Shown: positions 37,077 through 48,400 of the stretch, in pieces | How positions within the stretch are numbered: the stretch's first letter is position 1 | Layout: every line of letters starts with the position of its first letter | IMG/VR virus record: IMGVR_UViG_3300022725_000257 | Location: 1 to 57,312 of that record | Length of the DNA stretch: 57,312 bases | Origin: a virus | Taxonomy: Duplodnaviria; Caudoviricetes | Reading direction: 5' to 3' (one strand) | Translations under genes and position numbers: made by a program | Notes under the pieces: generated by a model | Told to the model about the DNA's origin: nothing | What the model saw: the letters and a program-made list of their open reading frames with translations, nothing else | Database searches by the model: none

Positions 37077-38615
37077 ATGAAAAACTTACTATATGCGTTT
37101 TACGCACGTATTGGGGAAGGTGTAACAAATATTTTATCCAGCCTTACCCTTATCGCACTTTTACTTGCTACCGATTACATCAGCGCACTACTTGTTGGTG
37201 GGGCCGGCGCATTTTTAGCAATAAAAGGACTCCTTGCTAAAGTCTTTGATGATCCCGAGCTTAAACAAGCGTGGGAAATGGAAGCTCTTAAAGAGGGAGA
37301 AAACCAGACAGAATTCACAGAACTGGAAATGGGAACCACTTTTGCCGCAGATGGAGCAGAACGGAGTGAACGAGTACTCGCCGCCCCAATTCTGTTTTAC
37401 GACAAACTCCGTCAAGGAGACGGTGGAGGACGTTATGTCAACATTAAAGTTGATAAACCACTTTTTGATGATATCCAAGATATTCTTAAAAAGTTCCGGT
37501 ATAGCTCTCAAGATCGTGTTGGCACCGAACTTGAAGCCGAACGAGGCGCTGTGCGTGCTGTGGTAGATAATATCTTTCAAGCTATTAAAGAGACACAGAT
37601 TAAACAAGGTTTTCAAGAAACCGCTAATGCAACCCCGGGTTCATTAATGCGTCATCTTGTTACTTTGCTTTCTCGAAATACATCTAAGCGCATGGATGTT
37701 GGTATCTTTTACGCTCTTACAGCAGGATATGATCTGCACCACTTCGTAAATGTTGGCCTTCGTAAAAGCTTATCCGATGGTGCCGTTCCGGTTGCAGAAC
37801 CCAAAGCCGGGGTATACTTGCCACCAACGGAGCATCCTAATATGTATGTTTGGCAGCCTAATAATGTTATGACCCAAGTCGCCTTTTCAACTACACAAGG
37901 CACTCATGGAGATAACATTAATACCGAGGTTAATAAAATCACAGATGCCGCTACCCCGGGGCTTGCATGGTTACGACAGGTTTATCGCACAGCATGGAGG
38001 GAAAATGTAATCCCTGCCCGCATGCGTGTGGATGGTGTTGAGCGCCCGTATTATATACTATACGTGCCCGGCCGCGTAAGAGACCTGATTGAGCAGGATA
38101 CCGCCTTTATGAACCTGTTTAATAGCGCCTACCAAGGTATTGTTGAATCCAATCCATTGCTTCAAAATGATGACCTGTTGTATAAAACACTTATTATCAG
38201 GGACTCTAAATGGCTGGAAGACCCATACTTCTCATTGGCTAATAACTTTAATGCCGCTGCAAGCACGGACACCAACGCAACAGCTATGTCGTATAACTTA
38301 ACGACTATAGATGGATTCCCGTGGGCCGATATCGACCCCGGAACCCGAAGTGTTGCCACTGGATCTGCTCTTGAGGGTAGCTTCAACGATATGAGCCAGA
38401 TTGCTCGTTGCTTCCTTCTTGGTGCCAACGCCGTTGTTCGAGCAACAGGTAAAGACTATGCCTTAGAACGTATGGAAGTTACCGATTATGGTAATAATGA
38501 TGGTATTGGCCAAGATAAATACTTTGGTCAGAACCGTGTTGATAGTTTTACCAATGAAGGTAACTATGACCAAACGATTCAATCATTGTGTTTCGTGGTT
38601 TACCAAGGCGCGTAA
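37077..38615 (+). CDS. Major capsid protein (N4-gp56/DUF4043-like)
   Basis: Position after scaffold, own promoter and terminator, YYILYV...ARCFLLGANA...DYGN..GIG motifs; ATG 37077 preferred. Confidence 0.75.
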   Translation: MKNLLYAFYARIGEGVTNILSSLTLIALLLATDYISALLVGGAGAFLAIKGLLAKVFDDPELKQAWEMEALKEGENQTEFTELEMGTTFAADGAERSERVLAAPILFYDKLRQGDGGGRYVNIKVDKPLFDDIQDILKKFRYSSQDRVGTELEAERGAVRAVVDNIFQAIKETQIKQGFQETANATPGSLMRHLVTLLSRNTSKRMDVGIFYALTAGYDLHHFVNVGLRKSLSDGAVPVAEPKAGVYLPPTEHPNMYVWQPNNVMTQVAFSTTQGTHGDNINTEVNKITDAATPGLAWLRQVYRTAWRENVIPARMRVDGVERPYYILYVPGRVRDLIEQDTAFMNLFNSAYQGIVESNPLLQNDDLLYKTLIIRDSKWLEDPYFSLANNFNAAASTDTNATAMSYNLTTIDGFPWADIDPGTRSVATGSALEGSFNDMSQIARCFLLGANAVVRATGKDYALERMEVTDYGNNDGIGQDKYFGQNRVDSFTNEGNYDQTIQSLCFVVYQGA

Positions 38616-38627
38616 TACATAAATCAT

Positions 38628-38657
38628 AATACTGCCGGTTAATTCCGGCAGTATTTT
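38628..38657 (+). terminator. Terminator after the capsid gene
   Basis: AATACTGCCGG-ttaatt-CCGGCAGTATT plus Ts. Confidence 0.75.
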
Positions 38658-38669
38658 AATATTTACTAT

Positions 38670-39536
38670 ATGTCTGGAACACAACCCACCATCTTCCTTG
38701 AAGAAGTATACGCTGTTATTGATAATGAACTGGATGACTTAGCTACCGATGATCTTATTAGCCAATCTGTATACAGCAAAAAATCTGCCAAAAGACAACA
38801 ACTATATGCTATAAACGCCGCCGACCGGCACATTTGTCTTCAAATAGCTTTATCAAGTTTAGTAAGTGTCTTTGTTCCGAAAAGCCTGCGCACCGTTTTC
38901 TTTAACCGGCAAACAGAATATGTAGGAAAAGTTATTGATGCCCATGCAGCAATAAAAGATATTGACGAAATACAATTTTCCTACCTTACCGATGAAACCC
39001 AATACCTTGATGTAATAAGTGTGTTATCAAATTTCGCTTTTGCGTATAACACCTTGCCGGTAGAAACAGCGCCCCAAATATCAGAAATATTAACACACGG
39101 ATTGGAAGGCCAGGTGCATAACCGCGATGAATTTGTATACACCCTGCCAAGCGGCACACAGTTTAAACCAGTAGATAATAATAGGCAGTTTTTTGTACAG
39201 CCTAACAGCCGTAAAATGGTGTTAAGTAATGCCTTTGATAGCGATATGTGGGTGCAATTTATTGCACAAGTGGCCCCTGTTCGAGCCAAAACAGCTCAAA
39301 TGACAAAAGGCGAACTGGATGAATACCAGATACTGGCCCCCTACTGGACACGGGAATGGCTGATAAACAAAGCCCTCTTAGAAATATTACCCCGTAGGGT
39401 TATTGTTGAAACTGGCTATGATGCTCTTGAACAACAGTCAAAAGCTGAGGCCTTCCAAAACCGCCCCGGAACAGGCAATGTTATTATCGAAGGAGATGAA
39501 CTTGGCGGTAACTATGAATCAAACTTCTACTTTTAA
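38670..39536 (+). CDS. Putative head-tail adaptor / tail tubular protein
   Basis: Position after capsid; 288 aa. Confidence 0.5.
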   Translation: MSGTQPTIFLEEVYAVIDNELDDLATDDLISQSVYSKKSAKRQQLYAINAADRHICLQIALSSLVSVFVPKSLRTVFFNRQTEYVGKVIDAHAAIKDIDEIQFSYLTDETQYLDVISVLSNFAFAYNTLPVETAPQISEILTHGLEGQVHNRDEFVYTLPSGTQFKPVDNNRQFFVQPNSRKMVLSNAFDSDMWVQFIAQVAPVRAKTAQMTKGELDEYQILAPYWTREWLINKALLEILPRRVIVETGYDALEQQSKAEAFQNRPGTGNVIIEGDELGGNYESNFYF

Positions 39537-42500
39537 TGATTTCCCAAAATATCATAGAAAACCTTTCAAACCTGCCGGGGGCAACGCGCCGGAAATTAAA
39601 CCTTACCCCCGGAGACGACAACCCTGATTCTCTGTGGTTAGATATTGTTAATGCCCGCCTGGAGGTAGATGGTCAATATGTTTTTTGGAAAACCCGTGGA
39701 GGCTCCACACTCGTTAATGGGTTTTTTGGTAATGTTATTACCGTTAAGGCTATTCAGGCGGAACTTAACGGGGTAATAACCGATTATATCGTTGTGCATA
39801 CCGCTGGTGGTAAAGTATACCTTTGGAACATAGCTTTAGCACAATCAAACGAGATTGTATCCGGGGGGTTCTCAACAACCGAGCAGATACAAATTATTAA
39901 TATCGGCCGGTTTGTTTTTATGTTTGACTATGACGGAGGCCAAAAAAAATATTATGATCTGTCAAAAGACGTTTCCTTTGATTATATGGATTACAACCGG
40001 GCATTAATACATACAACAAACACACGTAGTGGTGATATAAAAGAAGATGTAGATAATATTTTTAATTTTAAAATATCATCAGATATTATTGTCTTCCCGA
40101 ATATTGATAAAGGGTTAGGTGATGAAGTATTTTCTTCCGCCGGGTTTTCTGATGGGGACTCTGAATCCTTAGATCCATCAATATTTAAAGAAAACTCTTT
40201 TTTCTATACATATAATAGTGGCAAATTCTTAAAGGACAACGATGGAAATGTATACAAAAGATCACAGTTTATAACATTTGCCCCCGGCAGCAATAATTTT
40301 GGATTTACGGTAAATGGCACGGGTGCCGATTTTACTATCAATAAATACTATATACCGCTTGATAATAGGGGAGAGCCTGCCTATAAGTCTTATAAGACGA
40401 CAATCACAAATATAAAAAATGGGGTTATTTTTTGGGATGACCTTGCAGGGGTTGAACAAAGCGTTTCTCCAGGCACCATAGCAGAAGAAGACATTAATAC
40501 TAACTATTCAATTTTTCCTTATTCGCCCGACCTTGAAGACCTGATAGGCCGGCCAGCAACCTTTACTCTTAATGATGAAGGCACTGCTGTAATAAATACT
40601 TTTGATTATGTTGAACCATTTATTTTTCGACAATACGTAGCATTTGATTTTCTTATAGATGGTTCAGCAACCTTGCTCGGGCTGCCAGGCCAAGTAAAAG
40701 TAGGAACCAAAGACATCATGAGTAAAGGTGTTATTGATGTTGCATTAACAACAACAGCTCCTGACAATAATATAGAGAAAAGATTCTTGTGCGCAACTCG
40801 CTGGCAAACCACTTCAGACGCCGCCTTTAATCCCTCCAGTGAAACATACAGTAACTCTCCACTATTTATCATTGGAGAGTTTATTAATAGCGATATAATT
40901 ATTATTGACTCAACACCAGATCGTAAACTCATACGGGCCATTAATGAGATTATACCTGTTATATCGGGTGTTACTGATTTATTTAACACACAAGAACTAA
41001 AACCAAATAGTGTAGCACAATTTTCCGGTGCCATAATGCACGGAGGGTATACTGTTGACCGCAATATCCCGAATGTATATACAAATGCAAGTGTTGCAGG
41101 CAAAGGAAATATATATATCAATTTTACACAAACTCAGCAACTGGTAAATAATATGGCGGTTGCTTTTATGTTTGAATATGCGGATGGTAAAAAAAGCAAT
41201 GTTTTAGAAACCGAGCATTTTTTGCAACAAGAAGGTGTTCAGCAAACAGGTACAAATATTTGTGGGCAAGTAAAAGCAACCGCATCTCATACAATAACTG
41301 CGGGAGCTGGAACTGATGATACATTGACAATAACATACGATGGTTATGTGCTAAATATACCACTAACCACTGTGTCTCATTCAACCGCAGGCGCTGTTGC
41401 AGAGGCAATTCGTAGCTTTGTTGAAGCTGATCCCGATATACAGCTATCTGCTGTTGTGGAAAACACAACAACTGTTGTTTACACCGAAGAAAGGTGGGGT
41501 GATGAATTTAACGGAGAAATTATTGATGTGAATCCCGCAGCAACAGGTGTTACCTTCGATACTGAAGACCCAGTATTATCATCAGGTGTTGAACCTGAAG
41601 GAACAGGAAGTATAGTTTATTTAACACAAATAGATAATATTCTTCAATCAGGAGAACAAGGTCAGGGCCAACTAACAATTGACGGGGTAATGTCAAATAC
41701 ATGGCTGGTCGATGAGGGCGAGTTTTTATCAAGTGTTTTTAATAAGATTGTTGATGCAGTTAACAACAGCTCATTGGCTTCAGATTGGACAGCGACACTG
41801 GACTTTGATATACAAGAATTTGGCGGTGCAAATGGAGTAAAGATAGAAAGTAATGTTAAAGGAGATGTGTCTTTTGATGACTTAGAAGCAAAAGTTGTGT
41901 ACAGCTCTGATTTGAGTTATCAAATAGCCGGAAAAGATCTCGTACCAACCTCATCGGTATCTTTCACAAATGGGGCAACAACGGCCTGTCTTAACTCAAC
42001 AGCAAGCCTTGATGTAACATCAAATGGGTTGGCCGCTTCAACAACAGAAGATCATGTTATAACTATAGATGGAGAAGATACACCCGCAATAACGATATTA
42101 GATACCGACACGACAGAGCAAATTGTTGATAAATATATTACTGAGATTGCTAATCAAGAGCAAATTGACCGGTTTTGGAAAGCAACAAAAACTGATCAAG
42201 GGGGCGGTACGTGGAGGCTGGTGTTAACATATAGAGAACGCGGAGAACAGTTTAATGGCAAGGAAGTAACAATAACAGGTAATACTGATGTAGCAGTAAC
42301 AGTAAACTCTCCCAGTGCTGGAGGCACTGGCGGCGGCCAAGAAGAAGAAACATTTAACCCGAATCAATTACAAATACACTCGCTAAATACATTAATATCA
42401 AGAGTTCATGTGCTATTAAGAAAAACGGCTACTCCTGAAAACACCTTTCACCCCTTTGCTTCATACAACATAACAGCCCCCGAATGCCACGGTAAGCCTA

Positions 42501-43546
42501 TAGAACTTCCTGCAACAACAGAAGATGCTAACCAGGTAGAAGCTAATTTGTTTACTTTACCACCGGCCAATGAAATACTTGAATCCGTTGAATTGTCAAA
42601 TTATGTAAATGTAGGTATACCGGCGCAACAATTTAATATATCAACCCAAGAAGAAATTGCTGATAATAGCAAAATTAAAAAGGTTGTGCCCTTAGACTTT
42701 GACCAAGATCGCACAGTCATGCGTTTTAGAGTAGCTGTTTTTACCGACCAGAATATACAAACGGGGTTCTTGGTTGACCAGACCGTTAATGGCAATCGTA
42801 TATTTACCGGGGATTTTCAGGTGTCATTTGACCAGCTTATTGCCCGTAGCCGTGAAGGCGTGTCAAATATCAACGGGAGAATCTTTTGGGACACTAATTT
42901 TGGGATATATATTTGGGCAGGCCAAGGTACCCCCCAAAAATTATTTGACCGAAGGCGTTATAGCGCTTCATCTAATAAACTTAAAGATGTAGTTTACAAC
43001 GAACGATACAATGAATTTTGGCTTTTCTTTGCAGACAACGATGTACTTGTTGTAGACGAAGAAACCTTACTAACGCGCCGGATGGATTATAGCGGACTTG
43101 GTACAGTATATACAGGGACCTACCTTAAAGATAAGTTTTATATTGGCTCCGATACAAACCTTATGATCACCGATGATCATGCTGTAACCGATGACAATGG
43201 CGCTGCCTTTTCTGGGCAGGCGTCCACCAAACATATTGGCAGCGAAACCGAACAGGTTAGATTAATAGATTTAACCGTTGGGGGGCAGCAGTTTCAGGTA
43301 ACAGCCGACACAGATTACCAGGCCGAACGATTTATAGGCAACAGTGATGTATGGGATAAACAGTTTACAAGCGATCTAACCGTTGGCCCAAAAACCCTTG
43401 CTATACACGGAAAGGTCTTTAGTATACATCGGTATGCGGTTATGCCAAGAATAAAGATAACCTTTCCTGCAACAACAGGTGGATTTATTTCACATATTAT
43501 ATTAAAATACATACCAACCCTAAATATTGGAGAAGCCAGAGAATGA
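39536..43546 (+). CDS. Putative tail nozzle/stabilisation protein with inserted repeat domains
   Basis: NARL...KTRGG N-terminus and YNEFWLFF C-terminal region typical of podovirus nozzle proteins; 1336 aa. Confidence 0.6.
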   Translation: MISQNIIENLSNLPGATRRKLNLTPGDDNPDSLWLDIVNARLEVDGQYVFWKTRGGSTLVNGFFGNVITVKAIQAELNGVITDYIVVHTAGGKVYLWNIALAQSNEIVSGGFSTTEQIQIINIGRFVFMFDYDGGQKKYYDLSKDVSFDYMDYNRALIHTTNTRSGDIKEDVDNIFNFKISSDIIVFPNIDKGLGDEVFSSAGFSDGDSESLDPSIFKENSFFYTYNSGKFLKDNDGNVYKRSQFITFAPGSNNFGFTVNGTGADFTINKYYIPLDNRGEPAYKSYKTTITNIKNGVIFWDDLAGVEQSVSPGTIAEEDINTNYSIFPYSPDLEDLIGRPATFTLNDEGTAVINTFDYVEPFIFRQYVAFDFLIDGSATLLGLPGQVKVGTKDIMSKGVIDVALTTTAPDNNIEKRFLCATRWQTTSDAAFNPSSETYSNSPLFIIGEFINSDIIIIDSTPDRKLIRAINEIIPVISGVTDLFNTQELKPNSVAQFSGAIMHGGYTVDRNIPNVYTNASVAGKGNIYINFTQTQQLVNNMAVAFMFEYADGKKSNVLETEHFLQQEGVQQTGTNICGQVKATASHTITAGAGTDDTLTITYDGYVLNIPLTTVSHSTAGAVAEAIRSFVEADPDIQLSAVVENTTTVVYTEERWGDEFNGEIIDVNPAATGVTFDTEDPVLSSGVEPEGTGSIVYLTQIDNILQSGEQGQGQLTIDGVMSNTWLVDEGEFLSSVFNKIVDAVNNSSLASDWTATLDFDIQEFGGANGVKIESNVKGDVSFDDLEAKVVYSSDLSYQIAGKDLVPTSSVSFTNGATTACLNSTASLDVTSNGLAASTTEDHVITIDGEDTPAITILDTDTTEQIVDKYITEIANQEQIDRFWKATKTDQGGGTWRLVLTYRERGEQFNGKEVTITGNTDVAVTVNSPSAGGTGGGQEEETFNPNQLQIHSLNTLISRVHVLLRKTATPENTFHPFASYNITAPECHGKPIELPATTEDANQVEANLFTLPPANEILESVELSNYVNVGIPAQQFNISTQEEIADNSKIKKVVPLDFDQDRTVMRFRVAVFTDQNIQTGFLVDQTVNGNRIFTGDFQVSFDQLIARSREGVSNINGRIFWDTNFGIYIWAGQGTPQKLFDRRRYSASSNKLKDVVYNERYNEFWLFFADNDVLVVDEETLLTRRMDYSGLGTVYTGTYLKDKFYIGSDTNLMITDDHAVTDDNGAAFSGQASTKHIGSETEQVRLIDLTVGGQQFQVTADTDYQAERFIGNSDVWDKQFTSDLTVGPKTLAIHGKVFSIHRYAVMPRIKITFPATTGGFISHIILKYIPTLNIGEARE

Positions 43547-44334
43547 CAATCTTAGAACAGCTTGCTCAACAAGGTCAGTCAATAGGTAATAATGAAGATG
43601 CCCTGCGTGGACGAAGGGAATTCTCCAGGGGTTCGTTTTCTAATCTTATTAATGATATTGTTGCACGTGGAACATCATTAGCAGACAGTAACTTAACCGC
43701 TGAAGATTTATTCGGAGAAGATATCCAACGCCTTAATGATGCAGCCCGTCAAAACGCTAATGCAACTAAGCAGGCTATATCCCGGTCTTTACTTTCCGGC
43801 ACAGGGGATGTAGCGGGCACCGCAGGCACCGCTTTGTTGCAAACCGGCCAAAACCTGCAAAGCCAGTTAGGGCAGAATCAATCCCGGTTTACTCAGCTTG
43901 CCAGCCAAATTAATCAGCAAGAAAGAGGTCGGGGATTAAACCTGTTACAATCAGGGTTGGGTGCAGGACAGAACCTGTTGCAATTTGATCAAAACCTGTT
44001 GGATTCAATCATCAACCGGCGTATACTGCAAGAACAGGCTAAACGCCAACGCCGTGCTAATTTAATTGGTGGAGCCTTACAGGCGGCCGGCGCAGGAGCA
44101 GCGCTTCTTTGTTGGGTAGCTGTAGAACTTTATGGGGAAGGGACGCAAAAAACCAATACCATCCGGGCATTTTTGTACGGGAACAAAGAAAAAGATCCTG
44201 TCGTTAAAAAATTCTTTTTATTATACAAAAAGCATGGCCGGAAATGGGCAAACGAAATCAAGGAAAACATTTTACTACGTAGTAAAATAAACACGTTATT
44301 TAATAACATATATGAAATCGCAACCGGAGAATAA
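43543..44334 (+). CDS. Putative ejection protein with CFI-box-like C-terminus
   Basis: Q/G/A-rich; ends CWVAVELYG...IRAFL...FFLLYKKHG. Confidence 0.6.
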   Translation: MTILEQLAQQGQSIGNNEDALRGRREFSRGSFSNLINDIVARGTSLADSNLTAEDLFGEDIQRLNDAARQNANATKQAISRSLLSGTGDVAGTAGTALLQTGQNLQSQLGQNQSRFTQLASQINQQERGRGLNLLQSGLGAGQNLLQFDQNLLDSIINRRILQEQAKRQRRANLIGGALQAAGAGAALLCWVAVELYGEGTQKTNTIRAFLYGNKEKDPVVKKFFLLYKKHGRKWANEIKENILLRSKINTLFNNIYEIATGE

Positions 44335-44336
44335 CT

Positions 44337-45404
44337 ATGCTTACCCGTGATGATTTTTTTGATGAAGACTTACAGGTGTTATTCCCCGGGGTTACCCCCG
44401 ATAGTGCCCAGTTACAAAATACCGTTAATGAGTTTTTTCCGGTTGACCAGTTATCCCAGGCCGAACAAGCAGAATTAGCTGGACTACAAGCCCGCGCCCA
44501 GCGCTTAGCACCTATACAGACCCCACAGGGAGTAGGATCATCGGCTATACCGGGCAACCCTTTTTCAACGGACAACAGCCCGGTAATAAATAATTTTTTA
44601 GGAGCCTTAACAAACACCTTTAATGCTATACGCCAACGCCGGCTTACCCGGCCCGGAGAGCAAGGAAGGATTCTCCAGGAAGGAGCCGAACAGGTTCGCC
44701 AACGCGCCGGCCAATTAGAAGAAAACGATCCCCGCCGCCGCCAGCTTTTATCAGGAGCAGAACGTATAGACCAAGTGGCAGATCAAACATCCCCTATTGC
44801 AAGGCTAAGTATACTACAAAACCGCGCCCAGCAAGCCCAAGGTCAACAGCAGGCGCGGTCTGATGTTCTTGGGGAACTCGTTCCAAGCCTTATCGAGCGA
44901 GCCGCTGATGTACGTGGCCGGCTCGCAGAAAACCGGCAGGCCGCAGAAACCGAAGCCGAACTCAAAGAACTCGATTTTAAATTTGATAGTGCATTATTAA
45001 CGCAAAGAGGCACACAACAGCTTGTAGAATTAGGAAAAGAACTTGATAATGAACTTGCTGCTATTCGCGAAAAAGCAACCCAGGACAACAGTGCCGGGAG
45101 GTCTGGACTTGTTTCTGCCGGAGATATTAATAACCTGCGCCAAACTGTTGGATCAATGGTGCAAGAGATCAACCGCGAAATTGAACTTGCCAACCAAACT
45201 GTTGCGGATCCCAATGAGCTTGAAAAAATCCAGCAAGGCTTACGTAAACAAAAAAGAGACCTTATAAGCCGTGTTTTCCAAACAGCAGGCGCAACAGCCG
45301 GCCTTCCCCAAGAAGATATTGATAATCTTATTAACCAGTTCAATGCTGCCGATTCAACGGCCAGTGGGGGCGTTAGTTTTACTGATATAATCGGGGGTAA
45401 CTAA
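44337..45404 (+). CDS. Putative ejection protein
   Basis: Q/A/E-rich helical protein between tail genes and the giant protein. Confidence 0.55.
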   Translation: MLTRDDFFDEDLQVLFPGVTPDSAQLQNTVNEFFPVDQLSQAEQAELAGLQARAQRLAPIQTPQGVGSSAIPGNPFSTDNSPVINNFLGALTNTFNAIRQRRLTRPGEQGRILQEGAEQVRQRAGQLEENDPRRRQLLSGAERIDQVADQTSPIARLSILQNRAQQAQGQQQARSDVLGELVPSLIERAADVRGRLAENRQAAETEAELKELDFKFDSALLTQRGTQQLVELGKELDNELAAIREKATQDNSAGRSGLVSAGDINNLRQTVGSMVQEINREIELANQTVADPNELEKIQQGLRKQKRDLISRVFQTAGATAGLPQEDIDNLINQFNAADSTASGGVSFTDIIGGN

Positions 45405-48400
45405 TGGATGAATTAGAACGGCTTTTTAATGCTATACAGCAAACCGGGGTTATACAAGATCTACCCGACCTGGAAACCTTCCGCTCAAGCCTTACCGGCA
45501 ACCAGCAGGCCCAACAAAACTTGCACCAGGTGTTATCAAACAGCGATAAATTTACCGATATTCCTGACTTTGAAACATTCCGGCAATCACTTTTTAATCG
45601 TCAAGGCCAGCCCACGGAATCTCCCGGCGGCTCTACAGACCCAGCTCAGCCAGCGCCGGCGCTGCCAAGTACAGAGCTTCCTGATATTCGTAACCAACCG
45701 TTTGAACAAAGAGGATTCAATCAGCAGACTCAACCCGATGAGTTAACACCCCAACAGCGGATAGGTGGGTTAAACCTTCGCGCACAACAGCTTGAACGCC
45801 AAGCGCGTGAATCTCGGTTTACTCAACCCGACAATACCCGGGTAGCAAACCCTGTATTTCAAAATGCTGCTCGCCGGGCACGTGAACAAAGAGATCAACT
45901 TTTACAATCTTTAGACACCGGTCAATCCCGAATCTCATCTGCTGCAAATAGCCTTGCTAAAGGTCTGGCTAACACCCTGGGCACGGATACAATTAAAAGC
46001 ATTGGTGTTGTTTCTGCAATCACAAACCCATTTAATCCGGCAGCCTCTGTATCAAACCTTGCTAACATAGAAGAAAACCCTGTTTTTTCGGTAGGGGCAG
46101 AGCTTGGAAGAAAAGTAGAAGAAACTTTTCCGACAAATCCGGCATTTCAAGAAGAAATGCTTACCTCTGTGTTGCCAACCGGCCTTGCATCAATAATAGC
46201 TTTTGGATTGGGGGGGCTTGCAACAAGAGGGTTAAAGTTAGGTTCATCGTTAGGAAGTGGGGCATTAGGGGCACTAAGTGTTAGTGGTAATGAATTTCAA
46301 CGAGCTATTGATGAAGGCGCTGATCCTGAAGAAGCGTTTGGCGTATGGTTGTTAAACCTACCTGTTGGTGGTATAGAAGCAATTCCTATTGCCAATTCCC
46401 TTAAAAAGCTTGACGAGGCAACAGCAGGCGGGGTGCGGGGAGTATTATCACAAGGTTTTTCTGGGGGAATGGAAGAACTTGTACAGGAGGTTGGCCAGAA
46501 TTTTGCATCAAATGCTATTGGCAAAGGCCTTGTAAACCAAACCCGATCACTGTTTGAAGGTGTGGCTGAAGGTGGTGCGGCTGGGTTTATTCTTGGGGGG
46601 TTAATGCGGGGCACTACTACAGCAATAGGAAATCAATTAAATAAGCTGTCTGCTGAGCAACAAGAGGAGCTTAAAAAATTTCAAGAAACCCTTAATAAAG
46701 AAATTGATAAATCCAAAGGGTCTTTCTACCAGCCAACCGGAACATTATTTAGCAGGCAGGCAGGAGATGAAGGCCGCACGGTAATACGGGAGATTGACTT
46801 AGGCCCCAGTGTGGTTATTGATCCTTCCGCCCCCCCACAGGTATTAGCCGACCAGCTACAAAATGCTGAACAGGAAGCCCAACGCCAACGTAAGGTTCAA
46901 TCAGATGCAGGTAACACGCAAGCCGTTGAAGCATTAGAGGAGCAGATAGAACGTATAAGTTTTGCGCGTCAAGAACTTATTAAAGAAACTATTTCCTCAC
47001 CTAACCCGAACCAGCCTGTAGTAAACGATCAGCAGTTAACAAGTGAAGGACAAGAACTTTTACAAAGAGTTGACTCCGGCGGTCAGCCGGGGTTCGTTAC
47101 AAATAATATGCGCCGGGTAGCTGTTGAAAACGGAATTGAAGTTAATGAGCGAACCACCGTTGAAGATATTATTGGAGATCTTCGAGAGCGTCAAAACTTC
47201 CCACAACCACAGCCTGTTAGCCAACTTGAATCTCAGGAAGGCGTTAATCCCGTTGAGGCCAGCGCCGAAATACTGCCCGATATAGGAATAAAGGTAGATA
47301 GCCAACAACTAACAGGGGCACCCACAACCACCGACCTTAGCTTGTCAATGGCAGTAAGAGACAACGAGGGAAATGTATTTACTGCACCCCGCGAGGAAGC
47401 ACCAAATCACCTTGCTATATTTGAACGCTTTGATCTAAATGTAGAAAATACCGATGGAGGAGGTTTTCTAACTCCTGATGGTCGTTACTTATCCCGTAAT
47501 GAAGCAGCACAATACCAGCAAGCTGTTACTGGCCGCGCCGGGGCAGTTCCCGGGGTTCTTTTTAGTGAAGACTTTGTGCCGCCGCCACCACAAAACGAAG
47601 AAGTTGAAACACTTGGTGGGGCAACTTTTGTAGAGGTTACATCGGATGGGCCTGTTGTTCGTGATATAACCGGAAACCCTATACCGGAAAATGATGCCCG
47701 TGCTACCCGTTCTTTAGCAGAGTTTTTTAGCACACAAACATCCCCTGCCGGCCAAGTCCAACGAACCCAAAGAGATTCTGATCTTACTTTTGCCAGGCGC
47801 GTTGCCCAAGAAAGCACGAACCCCGTTCAGATTGCAAATGAACTTGCTAATCTGGAAGACTTGCAAGGATCGCAGGACAGTGAAATACAAAATAACCTTC
47901 GGGAGCGCTTTGAGCAGGTAACAGGAACAGAGTTGTCCCCGCAGCTTGCGGCTGGTATTCAGCAGCAAACCGCCCGTCAAAACCCACAACCGGTAACATT
48001 AAGTCTCTCGCAGCAAGAAGGACGAGTTGATGAAGGTTTTGAAGTACCTGTTGGACGAACACTTGGTTCAAGAACCGGTCAAAACCTAAGCCCAGAAATT
48101 GTTTTAGGGGCTGTTGACGGCGGTGAGTTTTTTGATAATGCAGCTTCCAGTGTTGAATCTACCTTAGCGGCGTCGTCAAGAGAAACTATTGTGTATATGA
48201 CCCCCGAACAATTTCTTAATCTTGCCGGCGGGCCAACACAAGATAGTGGAGGCCTAAGCCAGGATACTTTGATTGACGCCCTTGAATCACTGGATGAAGG
48301 ATTCGATGTACTCCCTTCTTTAAATTTACGCACAGTCCAAGGCACTGAATCTATGCAGGTCAGCAAGGCTTCACACGCAGAGATAGTACAGGTGCTTTCT

